The position numbers and the translations under genes were made by a program. Under the pieces are notes generated by a model. The model saw nothing but the letters and a program-made list of their open reading frames with translations. It searched no databases and was not told the origin of the DNA. Shown in pieces: positions 47,449 to 56,250 of a stretch of 64,000 nucleotides of DNA; positions within the stretch are counted from its first letter, which is position 1, and every line of letters starts with the position of its first letter. Source of the DNA: Variibacter sp. (GTDB taxonomy: Bacteria > Pseudomonadota > Alphaproteobacteria > Rhizobiales > Xanthobacteraceae); the NCBI GenBank assembly GCA_039808325.1, contig JBDHSU010000007.1, forward strand, positions 665 through 64,664, in the 5' to 3' direction.

Positions 47449-48566
47449 TTCAGATACACCGCATTGCCGTCGCCAAGCTCCGGCGCGGCGACCGGCGTCT
47501 TCGCATCGGCGCGGAAGGCGGGTGCGATCGGCACCGGCAGCGCCGGCATCCGCGCGCCGGCGGCGTTCGTCACCGTGTGATCGAACAGGCCGCGCGCCTT
47601 GAAATGCGGATCGTTCAACGCGTCGGCGATGGTCGCCACGACGGAGCAGCAGCAATCCTTGCCGGCGAAGCGGCCGCGCCACACCTCGCCGTCGTCGCCG
47701 CGGATAATCTCGGCGCAACGCGCGAGCGTCTTCCGCGGATCGCGGCTGTCGTCGCGCAGGGGCGCATCGAGGCCGATGATCTCGCAGAACGTCTCCCAGA
47801 ATTTCTGCTCGATCGGCGCGGCGGCGACGACCTTGCCGTCACGCGTCGGATAGAGGCGATAGCGCGCGGTGCCGCCGGTGACGAGCTCGGCGCCGTTGCC
47901 CGGCGGCTGGCCGGTCGCGGCGAGCTGCCCCATCGCCCAATACATGAAGGGAAAAAGGCCGTCCGTCATCGCGACGTCGAGGTAGCAGCCTTCGCCGGTG
48001 CGGGTACGGCGATGCAGCGCGAGGATGATGTTCATCACCGCCGGATAGGCGCCGCCGGCGATGTCGGCGATCAGCGCGGGCGGCACGGTCGGATGGTCGA
48101 GCCGCCCCATCGACAATGCGAGCAGTCCGGCGTCGCCGATATAGTTGAGATCGTGCCCGGCGACGTCGCGCTTCGGTCCGTCCTGCCCGTAGCCGGTGAT
48201 GGCGCAATAGACGATGCGCGGATTGATCGTGCGCACGCTCTCGTAATCGAGCCCGAGGCGCGCCATCACGCCGGGGCGGAACTGCTCGACCAGCACGTCG
48301 GCGCGCTCGATCAGCGGGCGAAGCTGCGCGATCGCCGCGGGGTCCTTGAGATCGAGCGCGAGGCTCTTCTTGCCGCGATTGAGCAGCGCGAAGTTGACGC
48401 CGAAACGGCCCCATTGCGGCGTATAGGCGCGCATGTCCTCGCCCTTGCCAGGGCGCTCGATCTTGAGCACCTCGGCACCGGCTTCCGCAAGGAGAAGCGT
48501 CGCCATCGGCCCCGGCAGGAGCGTCGAGAAATCGAGAACGAGCGTGCCTTCGAGCGGGCGCATCAT
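47445..48566 (-). CDS. Family III CoA-transferase (CaiB/BaiF)
   Basis: 373 aa. MMRPLEGTLVLDFSTLLPGPMATLLLAEAGAEVLKIERPG, EQFRPG. Confidence 0.9.
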   Translation of the reverse strand: MMRPLEGTLVLDFSTLLPGPMATLLLAEAGAEVLKIERPGKGEDMRAYTPQWGRFGVNFALLNRGKKSLALDLKDPAAIAQLRPLIERADVLVEQFRPGVMARLGLDYESVRTINPRIVYCAITGYGQDGPKRDVAGHDLNYIGDAGLLALSMGRLDHPTVPPALIADIAGGAYPAVMNIILALHRRTRTGEGCYLDVAMTDGLFPFMYWAMGQLAATGQPPGNGAELVTGGTARYRLYPTRDGKVVAAAPIEQKFWETFCEIIGLDAPLRDDSRDPRKTLARCAEIIRGDDGEVWRGRFAGKDCCCSVVATIADALNDPHFKARGLFDHTVTNAAGARMPALPVPIAPAFRADAKTPVAAPELGDGNAVYLK

Positions 48567-49198
48567 TTTTTCCTCCGCGCCGCCGCGACGACGGCGCGCC
48601 GCGCCGGCGCATAAGCCGCCGTGCCGTAGGTCTCGAACAAGGCTTGCGTCACGTCATGATGATGCGCGAGGCCGCCGCGCGCGACGCGCTCGATCGGCCC
48701 GTCGGGATAGCCGAGACCGAGCCGGCAGGTCAGGTCCATGTCCGCGGCGGTGGCGAGCCCTTCGTCGAGGAAGCGCAGCGCCGCGTTGTATTTCGGGCGC
48801 ACGAGGCGATCGATGATGCGGCCCGCCTGATCGCCGCAGACGACGACGGTGAAGCCGGCCGCCTCGAACACCGCGCGCGCCGCCGCGAGGGCGCTTTCAG
48901 TCGTGCGCGGCTGGCGCACCAGTTCGACGAGCTGCGAGGGCGCGTCGTCGCCGTTGCGGTAGCGCGCGAAGCCGAGAACGTTTCCACCCTCCTCGCCTTC
49001 CTGCTCGCCGGTGTGCGCGCCGAGGCTTTCGGTGCCGAGCTCGACAAGAACCGCAGCTTTTTCGGGCGCCGCCACAAGCGGCGCGCCGAGATGGATGACG
49101 ACGTCGGCGTCGTCCTTTGACGCGCCTGCGAGAAACGCATCGCCCTTCGGGAAGGAACGGCTCTCGCCGTTCTGCTTGATGGTGTAGCGCATGATCAT
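48563..49198 (-). CDS. Truncated 3-hydroxyacyl-CoA dehydrogenase paralogue lacking the Rossmann GxGxxG region
   Basis: ATG 49198 (MIMRYT...). Residues ~75-190 align by eye with the adjacent hbd product (DQAGRIIDRLVRPKYNAALRFLDEG versus DKPGFILNALLVPFNNDAIRAVEAG; GLGYPDGP versus GLGYKMGP). No GxGxxG. Confidence 0.7.
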   Translation of the reverse strand: MIMRYTIKQNGESRSFPKGDAFLAGASKDDADVVIHLGAPLVAAPEKAAVLVELGTESLGAHTGEQEGEEGGNVLGFARYRNGDDAPSQLVELVRQPRTTESALAAARAVFEAAGFTVVVCGDQAGRIIDRLVRPKYNAALRFLDEGLATAADMDLTCRLGLGYPDGPIERVARGGLAHHHDVTQALFETYGTAAYAPARRAVVAAARRKK

Positions 49199-50082
49199 GA
49201 GCCGAACATCGCTCCGCCTTCGTAATCGTAGAAGCCGCGACCGGACTTGCGGCCGAGGAGACCGGCCGCGACCATGCGGCGCAAAAGCGGCGGACAGGCC
49301 GCACGCGGGTCGAGCGTGATCGGGTAGAAGGCTTCGCACAGCCTGATCTGCGTATCGAGGCCGACGAGATCGACGAGTTCGAGCGGGCCCATCTTGTAGC
49401 CCAGGCCGACCTTGATCGCCTTGTCGATATCGGCCGGCGACGCGACACCCGCCTCCACGGCGCGGATCGCGTCGTTGTTGAAGGGCACGAGCAGCGCGTT
49501 GAGGATGAAGCCGGGCTTGTCCTGCGTCTTCACCGGCTTCTGCCCGGCGGCCTCCGTCCAGGCCCAGGCCGTCGCAAACGTCGCGTCGGAGGTGAGCAGC
49601 CCCGGCGACATCTCGACCAGTTTCATCAACTGCGCCGGCAGGCAGAAGTGCATGCCGACGACGCGCTGTGGGTGCTTGCTGCCGGAGGCGATCTCGGTGA
49701 TCGAGAGTGTCGAGGTGTTCGAGCCGAAGATGGTCGTCTCCGCGCAGACGCCGTCGAGCGCGCCGAGCAGCTTCTTCTTCACGCCGAGGTCCTCGAACAC
49801 CGCCTCGATGACGAGGTCGCAACCGCTAAGCGCGTCGAGCTTCGACGAGCGCGAGAGATTCGCGAGCACGCGGTCGCGCTCCTCGCCCTTCATCTTGCCG
49901 CGCTCGACCGACTTGTCGAAGAAGCCGCGCGTCTGCTTTTCCGCGCGCGCGAGCGCATCGTCCGCGGTATCGAAGCAGACCGTCTTGAAGCCGGCGCGCG
50001 CCGCGACGATGGCGATCCCTGCGCCCATCGTTCCGCCGGCGCCGCAGACGCCGACCGTTTTTATGTTTGTTGTTGTAGCCAT
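49195..50082 (-). CDS. hbd: 3-hydroxybutyryl/3-hydroxyacyl-CoA dehydrogenase
   Basis: VGVCGAGGTMGAGIA NAD motif, both 3HCDH N- and C-domains. 295 aa. Confidence 0.9.
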   Translation of the reverse strand: MATTTNIKTVGVCGAGGTMGAGIAIVAARAGFKTVCFDTADDALARAEKQTRGFFDKSVERGKMKGEERDRVLANLSRSSKLDALSGCDLVIEAVFEDLGVKKKLLGALDGVCAETTIFGSNTSTLSITEIASGSKHPQRVVGMHFCLPAQLMKLVEMSPGLLTSDATFATAWAWTEAAGQKPVKTQDKPGFILNALLVPFNNDAIRAVEAGVASPADIDKAIKVGLGYKMGPLELVDLVGLDTQIRLCEAFYPITLDPRAACPPLLRRMVAAGLLGRKSGRGFYDYEGGAMFGS

Positions 50083-50100
50083 ACACTCGTTCTTTCTTCA

Positions 50101-50211
50101 CCTCCCCTTGAAAAGGGGAGGTCGGATTGCGCAGCAATCCGGGTGGGGATCGTGGGCAGGAGACCCGAAGATGACCCCCACCCCGACCCTCCCCCTTTCA
50201 GGGGGAGGGGG
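50101..50211. repeat. Family-A double-hairpin intergenic element
   Basis: CCTCCCC-TTGAAAA-GGGGAGG TCGGATTGCGCAGCAATCCGGGTGGGG ... GATGACCCCCACCCC ... CCCTCCCCC-TTTCA-GGGGGAGGG. Colinear with 7679-7792. Confidence 0.85.
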
Positions 50212-50239
50212 TCGCTATGCGGCACCGTTCGCGAACTCT

Positions 50240-51406
50240 TCATCGCTTCACGAAGCCGCGGCCGATGAGCTGGCGGTGCACCTGGTTGGTGCCTTCCCAG
50301 ATCTGCGTCACCTTGGCGTCGCGCATCAGGCGTTCGACGCGGAAGTCGCGCATATAACCGTACCCGCCGTGCATCTGCACCGCGTCGGTCGAGATGCGCA
50401 TCGCCAAGTCCGACGCGCGCATCTTCGCCATCGACGCCTCGTGGCCGTACTCGACCTCGTTCGCCTCGACGAGATCGGCGACGTAGTCGAGCCAGCGCTC
50501 GGCCATCGCGAGGTCGGTCGCGGTGTCGGCGAGCATGAACTGGTTGCCCTGGAACTCGGAAATTCTGCGTCCGGACTGGGAGCGTTCGTTCATGTAGCTC
50601 ACCATGTCCTTGAACGCGGCGGTGGCGATGCCGAGCGCGTGCGCGGCGATGCTCGGCCGCGATTTGTTGAGCGATGAAAACAGGATGCGAAGGCCTTCGC
50701 CCGGCTTGCCGAGCAAGTTCGCACGCGGCACGCGGCATGTGTTGAAGGCGATGGTCGCGGTCGATGACGCGCAGTGCCCCATCTTCTTCTCGAGACGCAC
50801 CACCTCGAAGCCGGGCGTGCCTTTCTCGAAGATCAGCGTCGAGATCGCGCCCTTGCGGTCGTCGATCTCCGACCAGCGGCCGAACAGCAAGATCAGATCG
50901 GCGATATCGCCGTTGGTGATGAACATCTTGCCGCCGTCGACGATGATGTCGTCGCCGTCGGGCGTGAACGTCGTCTTCATTCCGGTCGCGTCGGAGCCGG
51001 CGTTCGGCTCGGTGATGCCGAGCGCGCCAAGCCCGCCCTCGGCGATGCGCGGTAGGAGGCGCTTACGCTGCTCGTCGGTCCCTTGGTCGATCAGCGATTT
51101 GAGGCCGTTGAACGTCGTCGACCAGACGATCGCGGTCGAGGCGCAGGCCTCGGCGAGAATCTTCACCACTTCGAGATAGACGCGATAGCGCACCAGCGCG
51201 CCGCCGAACGCATCCGGGATGAACAGCATGTTGGCGCCGAGGTCGTTCAGCGCCTGCATGTTCTCGGGCGGCAGCTTTCCTTCCGCGTCCGCGCGCGCGG
51301 CGTTCGGCGCGATCACCGTATCGGCGACGCGGCGGAACTGATCGAGGATCAGCTTCTCCTCCTGCGACCATTTGCGCGCGCGTTCCAGGTTCTCGAAAAT
51401 CTGCAT
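50240..51406 (-). CDS. Acyl-CoA dehydrogenase
   Basis: 388 aa with the three ACAD domains. C-terminal ...QIWEGTNQVHRQLIGRGFVKR. Confidence 0.93.
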   Translation of the reverse strand: MQIFENLERARKWSQEEKLILDQFRRVADTVIAPNAARADAEGKLPPENMQALNDLGANMLFIPDAFGGALVRYRVYLEVVKILAEACASTAIVWSTTFNGLKSLIDQGTDEQRKRLLPRIAEGGLGALGITEPNAGSDATGMKTTFTPDGDDIIVDGGKMFITNGDIADLILLFGRWSEIDDRKGAISTLIFEKGTPGFEVVRLEKKMGHCASSTATIAFNTCRVPRANLLGKPGEGLRILFSSLNKSRPSIAAHALGIATAAFKDMVSYMNERSQSGRRISEFQGNQFMLADTATDLAMAERWLDYVADLVEANEVEYGHEASMAKMRASDLAMRISTDAVQMHGGYGYMRDFRVERLMRDAKVTQIWEGTNQVHRQLIGRGFVKR

Positions 51407-51417
51407 GCGACACTCCG

Positions 51418-52185
51418 TCAGCGATCGCGGAACGCGGGCTTGCGCTTTTCGGCGAAGGCGGCCATGCCCTCTTCGGCATCGGCCATGCGGAACGCCAGCG
51501 TGCTGAGATCGGCCTCGACCTTCAGCCCTTCATGCACCGGCAGGTCGAGCGCGCGCTGCACCGCCTCGCGCGCGAAGCCGAGCGCCGGCAGGCTATAGCC
51601 GGAGAACTCACGCGCGAAGGCGATGCCCGCCTCGACCGGATCGCCGTCGACCACGCGATGCACGAGGCCGATCGCCAGCGCCTCGTCCGCCGCGACCGTG
51701 CGGCCGGTCATGATCATTTCCAGCGCACGCCCCTCGCCGATCAGGCGCGGCAGGCGCTGCGTACCACCATAGCCGGGGATGAGGCCGAGCTTGATCTCGG
51801 GCAGGCCGACCTTGGCGTTGCGCGTCGCGATGCGGAACGTGCAGGCGAGCGCCATCTCCAGCCCGCCGCCGAAGGCGAAGCCGTTGACCATGGCGACGGA
51901 GGGCACCGGCAGAGCGTCGAGCTTGGCAAAGATCGCCTGGCCGCGCGCGGCCTGGCGTTTTTGCGCCGCGAGATCGCGGCCGCGCAATTCCTTGATGTCG
52001 GCGCCGGCGCAGAACGCCTTCGGCCCCGCGCCGGTGATCAGCAGCGCGCGAATATCCATTTTCGCCGCGTCATCGAACGCGGCGGCGATGTCTTCCAGGA
52101 TCGCGAAGGACAGCGCGTTGAGCGCCTCCTGGCGGTCGAGGGTCAACAGCGCGAACTCGTCGCGGCGCGTCAGCGTCACCGGCAT
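51418..52185 (-). CDS. Enoyl-CoA hydratase/isomerase (crotonase)
   Basis: FCAGADIKEL, GGGLEMALACTFRIA, EAFAEKRKPAF-type C-terminus. Confidence 0.9.
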   Translation of the reverse strand: MPVTLTRRDEFALLTLDRQEALNALSFAILEDIAAAFDDAAKMDIRALLITGAGPKAFCAGADIKELRGRDLAAQKRQAARGQAIFAKLDALPVPSVAMVNGFAFGGGLEMALACTFRIATRNAKVGLPEIKLGLIPGYGGTQRLPRLIGEGRALEMIMTGRTVAADEALAIGLVHRVVDGDPVEAGIAFAREFSGYSLPALGFAREAVQRALDLPVHEGLKVEADLSTLAFRMADAEEGMAAFAEKRKPAFRDR

Positions 52186-53801
52186 CAGGCACTTTCCTTC
52201 TGGCGCCAGCGCACCGGCGTGGGCGAAAGCTCACCGCGCTTCACCATCTCGACAAGCTCACGCTTGAGGATCTTGCCGCTCGCCGTGAGCGGGAACGACG
52301 TGACCGCGACGAAGAATTCCGGCATGTCGTATTTCGACAGCCCTTCCCCCGCGAGATGATCGAGCAGCGCCTCGGGCGTCAGATCGCCGATCGCGGCGAT
52401 GCAGACGCGCTCGCCCAGCCGCTCGTCGGCGATGGGAAAGCAGGCGACGCGCGCGACCTGCGGGTGGCGGACCGCCAATGCCTCGATATGCGCCGGGTAG
52501 ATGTTGTGGCCGCCACGGATGATGAGATCCTTGAGGCGTCCGGAAATCTCGAGGTTGCCTTGCTCGTCGAGGCGGCCGAGATCGCCGGACAGGAACCAGC
52601 CATCGCGATTGAAGCTGTCCGCCGTCGCATCCTGGTTGCCGTAATAGCCGAGCATCAGCGCGGCGCCGCGACCGCCGATCTCGCCGACCGTCCCACGCGG
52701 CACTTCCCGATCGGAATTGGCGGCATCGAATATCCGCACCTCGTACGCTGGACCGCCGCGCCCGCAGGTGCCGACGATCGTCGCGCGGCCGTCGGTCGGA
52801 TGCGTGTACTGATGCGAGGAGTTCTCGGTCATGCCGTAGATGTTCTGCGGCTTGATGCCCTGCTCGACGAACGCTTCCGCGACCGACGGCGGGATCGGCG
52901 AGCCGGCCATGTAGAAAATCTCGACCGCGCCGAGCCGATCGAGATGGCGCCGCTGCTGCTCGGCGAGGATATCCATCGCATGCGTCGGCACGCCCATGAC
53001 GTAGGTGGCGCCGGTACCGACCATCCAGTCGAGCGCGTGCGCGCCCTGCGGCGGATCGTTGACGATCAGTTCGCAGCCGGCGACCAGCGCCTGCGCCACG
53101 GCGACCCAGGCGATATGGTGCGAGAGCGGGCTCAGCGTCAGAAGTTTCGTGTGCGGCCCGTGGTTCCAGTCGCGCACAAGGTCGCGCGCATTGGCGAGCA
53201 GCGAATTGTCCGAATGCATCACGCATTTCGGCGCGCCCGTCGTGCCCGACGTGAAGGCGAGATAGGCGACCTTGTCGGGATCGCTGACGGGAGCGCCAAG
53301 CCCGGCGCCGGCCTTCGGAAAATCCGAAAGCGTGTAAACGCGGCGCAGCGAGGGCACATCCTTCAACGCCGCGTCGAAATCCACCTTGGCGCGATCGACG
53401 CCCCAGCCAGGCTCGGTGACCAGCACGCTGGCGTGCAGGCGGTTGAGCAGCGTGACGATCTCGCCGCAAGTGTAGGTCCGGTGCAGCGACGGATTGCAGG
53501 CGAAGCCCTGCCGGCTGCAAGCGAGCAGCATCACCACCGCTTCGACGCGATTGCCGAGCCACATCGACACACGATCGCCGCCGGCGAGGCCGAGCGAAAC
53601 GAGGTCCGCCGCCGTGCCGTCGACCCAGGCGAGCAATTCGCGCCAGGTCAGACGGTGGCGGCTGTCGCGCAGCGCGAACGCATCCGGCGTCGCCGCCGCA
53701 TGCTTCGCGAGCAGCGCATAGAACGTTTCATCCTGCCACGTGCCTTGCGCGTAGTAGCGCCGCGCCGCAGCGGGATGATGCAGCGTCAGAAACGGCCGCA
53801 T
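52185..53801 (-). CDS. AMP-dependent acyl-CoA ligase (cyclohexanecarboxylate-CoA ligase-like)
   Basis: AMP-binding motif LAFTSGTTGAPK, YGMTE, GDLGRLDEQGNLEISGRLKD, SGKILKREL. Confidence 0.88.
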   Translation of the reverse strand: MRPFLTLHHPAAARRYYAQGTWQDETFYALLAKHAAATPDAFALRDSRHRLTWRELLAWVDGTAADLVSLGLAGGDRVSMWLGNRVEAVVMLLACSRQGFACNPSLHRTYTCGEIVTLLNRLHASVLVTEPGWGVDRAKVDFDAALKDVPSLRRVYTLSDFPKAGAGLGAPVSDPDKVAYLAFTSGTTGAPKCVMHSDNSLLANARDLVRDWNHGPHTKLLTLSPLSHHIAWVAVAQALVAGCELIVNDPPQGAHALDWMVGTGATYVMGVPTHAMDILAEQQRRHLDRLGAVEIFYMAGSPIPPSVAEAFVEQGIKPQNIYGMTENSSHQYTHPTDGRATIVGTCGRGGPAYEVRIFDAANSDREVPRGTVGEIGGRGAALMLGYYGNQDATADSFNRDGWFLSGDLGRLDEQGNLEISGRLKDLIIRGGHNIYPAHIEALAVRHPQVARVACFPIADERLGERVCIAAIGDLTPEALLDHLAGEGLSKYDMPEFFVAVTSFPLTASGKILKRELVEMVKRGELSPTPVRWRQKESA

Positions 53802-53803
53802 CG

Positions 53804-54583
53804 TCAGTGCCCGAACTTGCTCGAATCCGGCTTGCGCTTCTTGCCGAAGGAGTCGCTGAGCTCGTGGCTTTCCTCGCCCTCCATATAGGCGCGCAGCAAC
53901 AGGTCGTGCGTCACCCGCGAAAGGCCGGAGACGCCCCCGTGGCGCGCATTGAAGGCGCCCTTCACCGCCGCGAGCGCGAAGGCGCCGCGATCCGCGATCT
54001 CGAGGGCGAACTTGCGCGTCTCCGCCTTGAGCTGATCGTCGGGCACCACCTTGTTGACGAGGCCGAGTTCGAGCGCGTATTTCGCGCTCATCTTCGGATT
54101 GTGGAACCAGATCTCCTTGGCCTTCTTCTTGCCGACGATATCCTCAAGATACCAGGTGCCGTAACCGGCATCGAAGGAGCCCATCATCGGACCGACCTGA
54201 CGGAACACCGCGCTTTCCTTGGCGATGGTGAGATCGCAAACCATCGCCAGCACATTGCCTCCGCCGACCGCGAAGCCGTTGACGGACGCGATCACCGGCT
54301 TCTGCAGCCGCTCGATCGATTCATACATATCGAGGGTCGGGAGCGTGCCGGCGTAGAGCGTGGTCTTCTCCATGCCGTCCTTGCGGCCGCCGATGCAGAA
54401 GAACTTCTCGCCGGCGCCGGTGAGCACGATCACGCGCGTGCGCGTCTCGCGACGGATCTCGTTGATGCAGTCGCGGATCTCGTGGCACGTCGTCGCCGTG
54501 AACATGTTGCCGTCCTCGGGACGGTTCAGCGTGATCGTGCCGATGGGGCCGTCTTCTTCATACAAAATCGTTTCGTAAGCCAC
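53804..54583 (-). CDS. MenB/BadI-family crotonase (candidate 2-ketoacyl-CoA ring hydrolase)
   Basis: GPMMGSFDAGYG, VGKKKAKEIWF, KKRKPDSSKF closely track blocks I remember from E. coli MenB and R. palustris BadI. GTG start 54583. Confidence 0.78.
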   Translation of the reverse strand: MAYETILYEEDGPIGTITLNRPEDGNMFTATTCHEIRDCINEIRRETRTRVIVLTGAGEKFFCIGGRKDGMEKTTLYAGTLPTLDMYESIERLQKPVIASVNGFAVGGGNVLAMVCDLTIAKESAVFRQVGPMMGSFDAGYGTWYLEDIVGKKKAKEIWFHNPKMSAKYALELGLVNKVVPDDQLKAETRKFALEIADRGAFALAAVKGAFNARHGGVSGLSRVTHDLLLRAYMEGEESHELSDSFGKKRKPDSSKFGH

Positions 54584-54773
54584 TTCGTTTCGTCCTGGGT
54601 TCGTTTCGTTTCCGCGCCGGAACCGCCGGGCCGCTTCGGGCGTGATCCGCCTTTATCGGACCGCCCCTTCGCCCGCCTTCGACGGGCATGATGCTGTCCG
54701 AGAACCTTCCCGGGGCATGCTCCAGGGTCCGATCCAACGGCGTTGAATCAGACCCGTCGTTATCGTTTTGTTT

Positions 54774-54822
54774 GAGCATGATCTTTTCCGAAAACCGGTT
54801 TCCACTTTTCGGAGTCATGCTC
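54774..54822. repeat. Family-D element (GAGCATGA...CCGAAAA-N11-TTTTCGG...TCATGCTC)
   Basis: Nested inverted repeats. The translation in one frame gives the widely seen GNRFSEKIML pseudo-peptide. A degenerate half-copy lies at about 54690-54730. Confidence 0.7.
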
Positions 54823-55466
54823 TAGGCGACAGGGCTAACCGATCCGCGCTCGATACGATAGGCCCGCGCGAGCAGATCAGCCACATGAACCTCGTTCGAT
54901 TCCGATATAAGGACGGACACGCCCTGGCCCTTGAGGTTGGCGAGCACTTCGCCGAGGCGCCGGGCGAGCGCCGGCGCCAGGCCCTCGAAGGGCTCGTCCA
55001 GCAGGAGGATGCGGGTTCCCGCCATCAGGGCGCGCGCCAGCGCCACCATTTTCTGTTGGCCGCCGGAGAGTTCCAGCGCGCGCCGGTCGCGAAAACGCGC
55101 TACTTCCGGCATCAGGCTGAAAATCCAGTCCAGCCGCTCCGACGCCTTCTCGTGCTTCACAACCCAGGTAGGCAGGCGGACGTTTTCCTCCACCGTAAAT
55201 TCGGGCACCAGGCGGCGGTCCTCCGGCATATAGCCGATGCCGTGGCTGACGCGGCGATGCGGTGGCAGCGCCAGCAGGTCGGCGCCGTCGAACGTGACCT
55301 TGCCGTTCGCCTCCATGGCGCCCATCAAGGCCCGCAGCAGCGTGGTCTTGCCGGCGCCGTTGCGGCCGATCAGCCCGCACATTTGCCCCTCGCCGACGGC
55401 CAGTGAGGCATTGCGGATGATCGGGATGGGCCCGATCGAAACGTTCAGGTTGGCGACCTCAAGCAT
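54822..55466 (-). CDS. LIV-type ABC transporter ATP-binding protein (LivF-like)
   Basis: GRNGAGKTTLL, LSGGQQKMVALARAL, LLLDEPFEGL. Confidence 0.9.
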   Translation of the reverse strand: MLEVANLNVSIGPIPIIRNASLAVGEGQMCGLIGRNGAGKTTLLRALMGAMEANGKVTFDGADLLALPPHRRVSHGIGYMPEDRRLVPEFTVEENVRLPTWVVKHEKASERLDWIFSLMPEVARFRDRRALELSGGQQKMVALARALMAGTRILLLDEPFEGLAPALARRLGEVLANLKGQGVSVLISESNEVHVADLLARAYRIERGSVSPVA

Positions 55467-56250
55467 GCGTCGAAGCCTCCCCGCGGGGCGACTTGAGCTT
55501 CGCGCCGGTGATCAATTCCTGCACGCGCGCCTGGCCGAGCGTTTCGCCAGGGCTGCCGTCGGCGATCACGGTCCCGTCGTAGAAGGCGAGCACGCGATCC
55601 GCGAACCGCTCAACGATCTCCATGTCGTGTTCGACGAAGAGGACCGTGATGTTGCGCGCCTTCAGCGCCGACATCACGACATCCATGAGCTGGAACTTCT
55701 CCTCGATCGAGATGCCGCTCGTCGGCTCGTCGAGCAGGAGCACGCGCGGCGCGCCGGCCACCGCCATCGCGATGTCGAGCAGCTTGCGGATGCCCTGCGG
55801 CAGCGTGGACGCGAGCGTGTCGCGGTAAGCCGCGATCTGAAACAGCTCGATCGCCACATTCACGTCGGCTGCGATTTCAGGCGCGCGCACGGAACGCAGC
55901 GCCGCCGAAACGAAGCGCCCGTCGCCGCGCGCGATGGCGGTCGCCGCGCACATATTGTCGAAGACGCTCAGCGAGGGGAAAACCTGCGCGACCTGAAACG
56001 AGCGCGAGATGCCCATCTGGGTGATGTCGCGCGACGGCAGGCCGGTGATATCGCGCCCCTCGAAGAGGATCGTACCTTTGGTCGGCCGCAGATGGCCGGT
56101 GATCATGTTCACGAACGTCGTCTTGCCGGCGCCGTTCGCCCCGATGACGCCGACGGTCTGCTGCGCCGGAATGTCGAGCGAGATGTCCCGCGCGGCAACG
56201 ACCGAGCCAAACGTCTTCTCGAGCCCCGAGACGGAGAGGATCGCGCTCAT
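55459..56250 (-). CDS. LIV-type ABC transporter ATP-binding protein (LivG-like)
   Basis: GANGAGKTT, LLLDEPTSGI. 8-nt overlap with the downstream gene. Confidence 0.9.
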   Translation of the reverse strand: MSAILSVSGLEKTFGSVVAARDISLDIPAQQTVGVIGANGAGKTTFVNMITGHLRPTKGTILFEGRDITGLPSRDITQMGISRSFQVAQVFPSLSVFDNMCAATAIARGDGRFVSAALRSVRAPEIAADVNVAIELFQIAAYRDTLASTLPQGIRKLLDIAMAVAGAPRVLLLDEPTSGISIEEKFQLMDVVMSALKARNITVLFVEHDMEIVERFADRVLAFYDGTVIADGSPGETLGQARVQELITGAKLKSPRGEASTHA

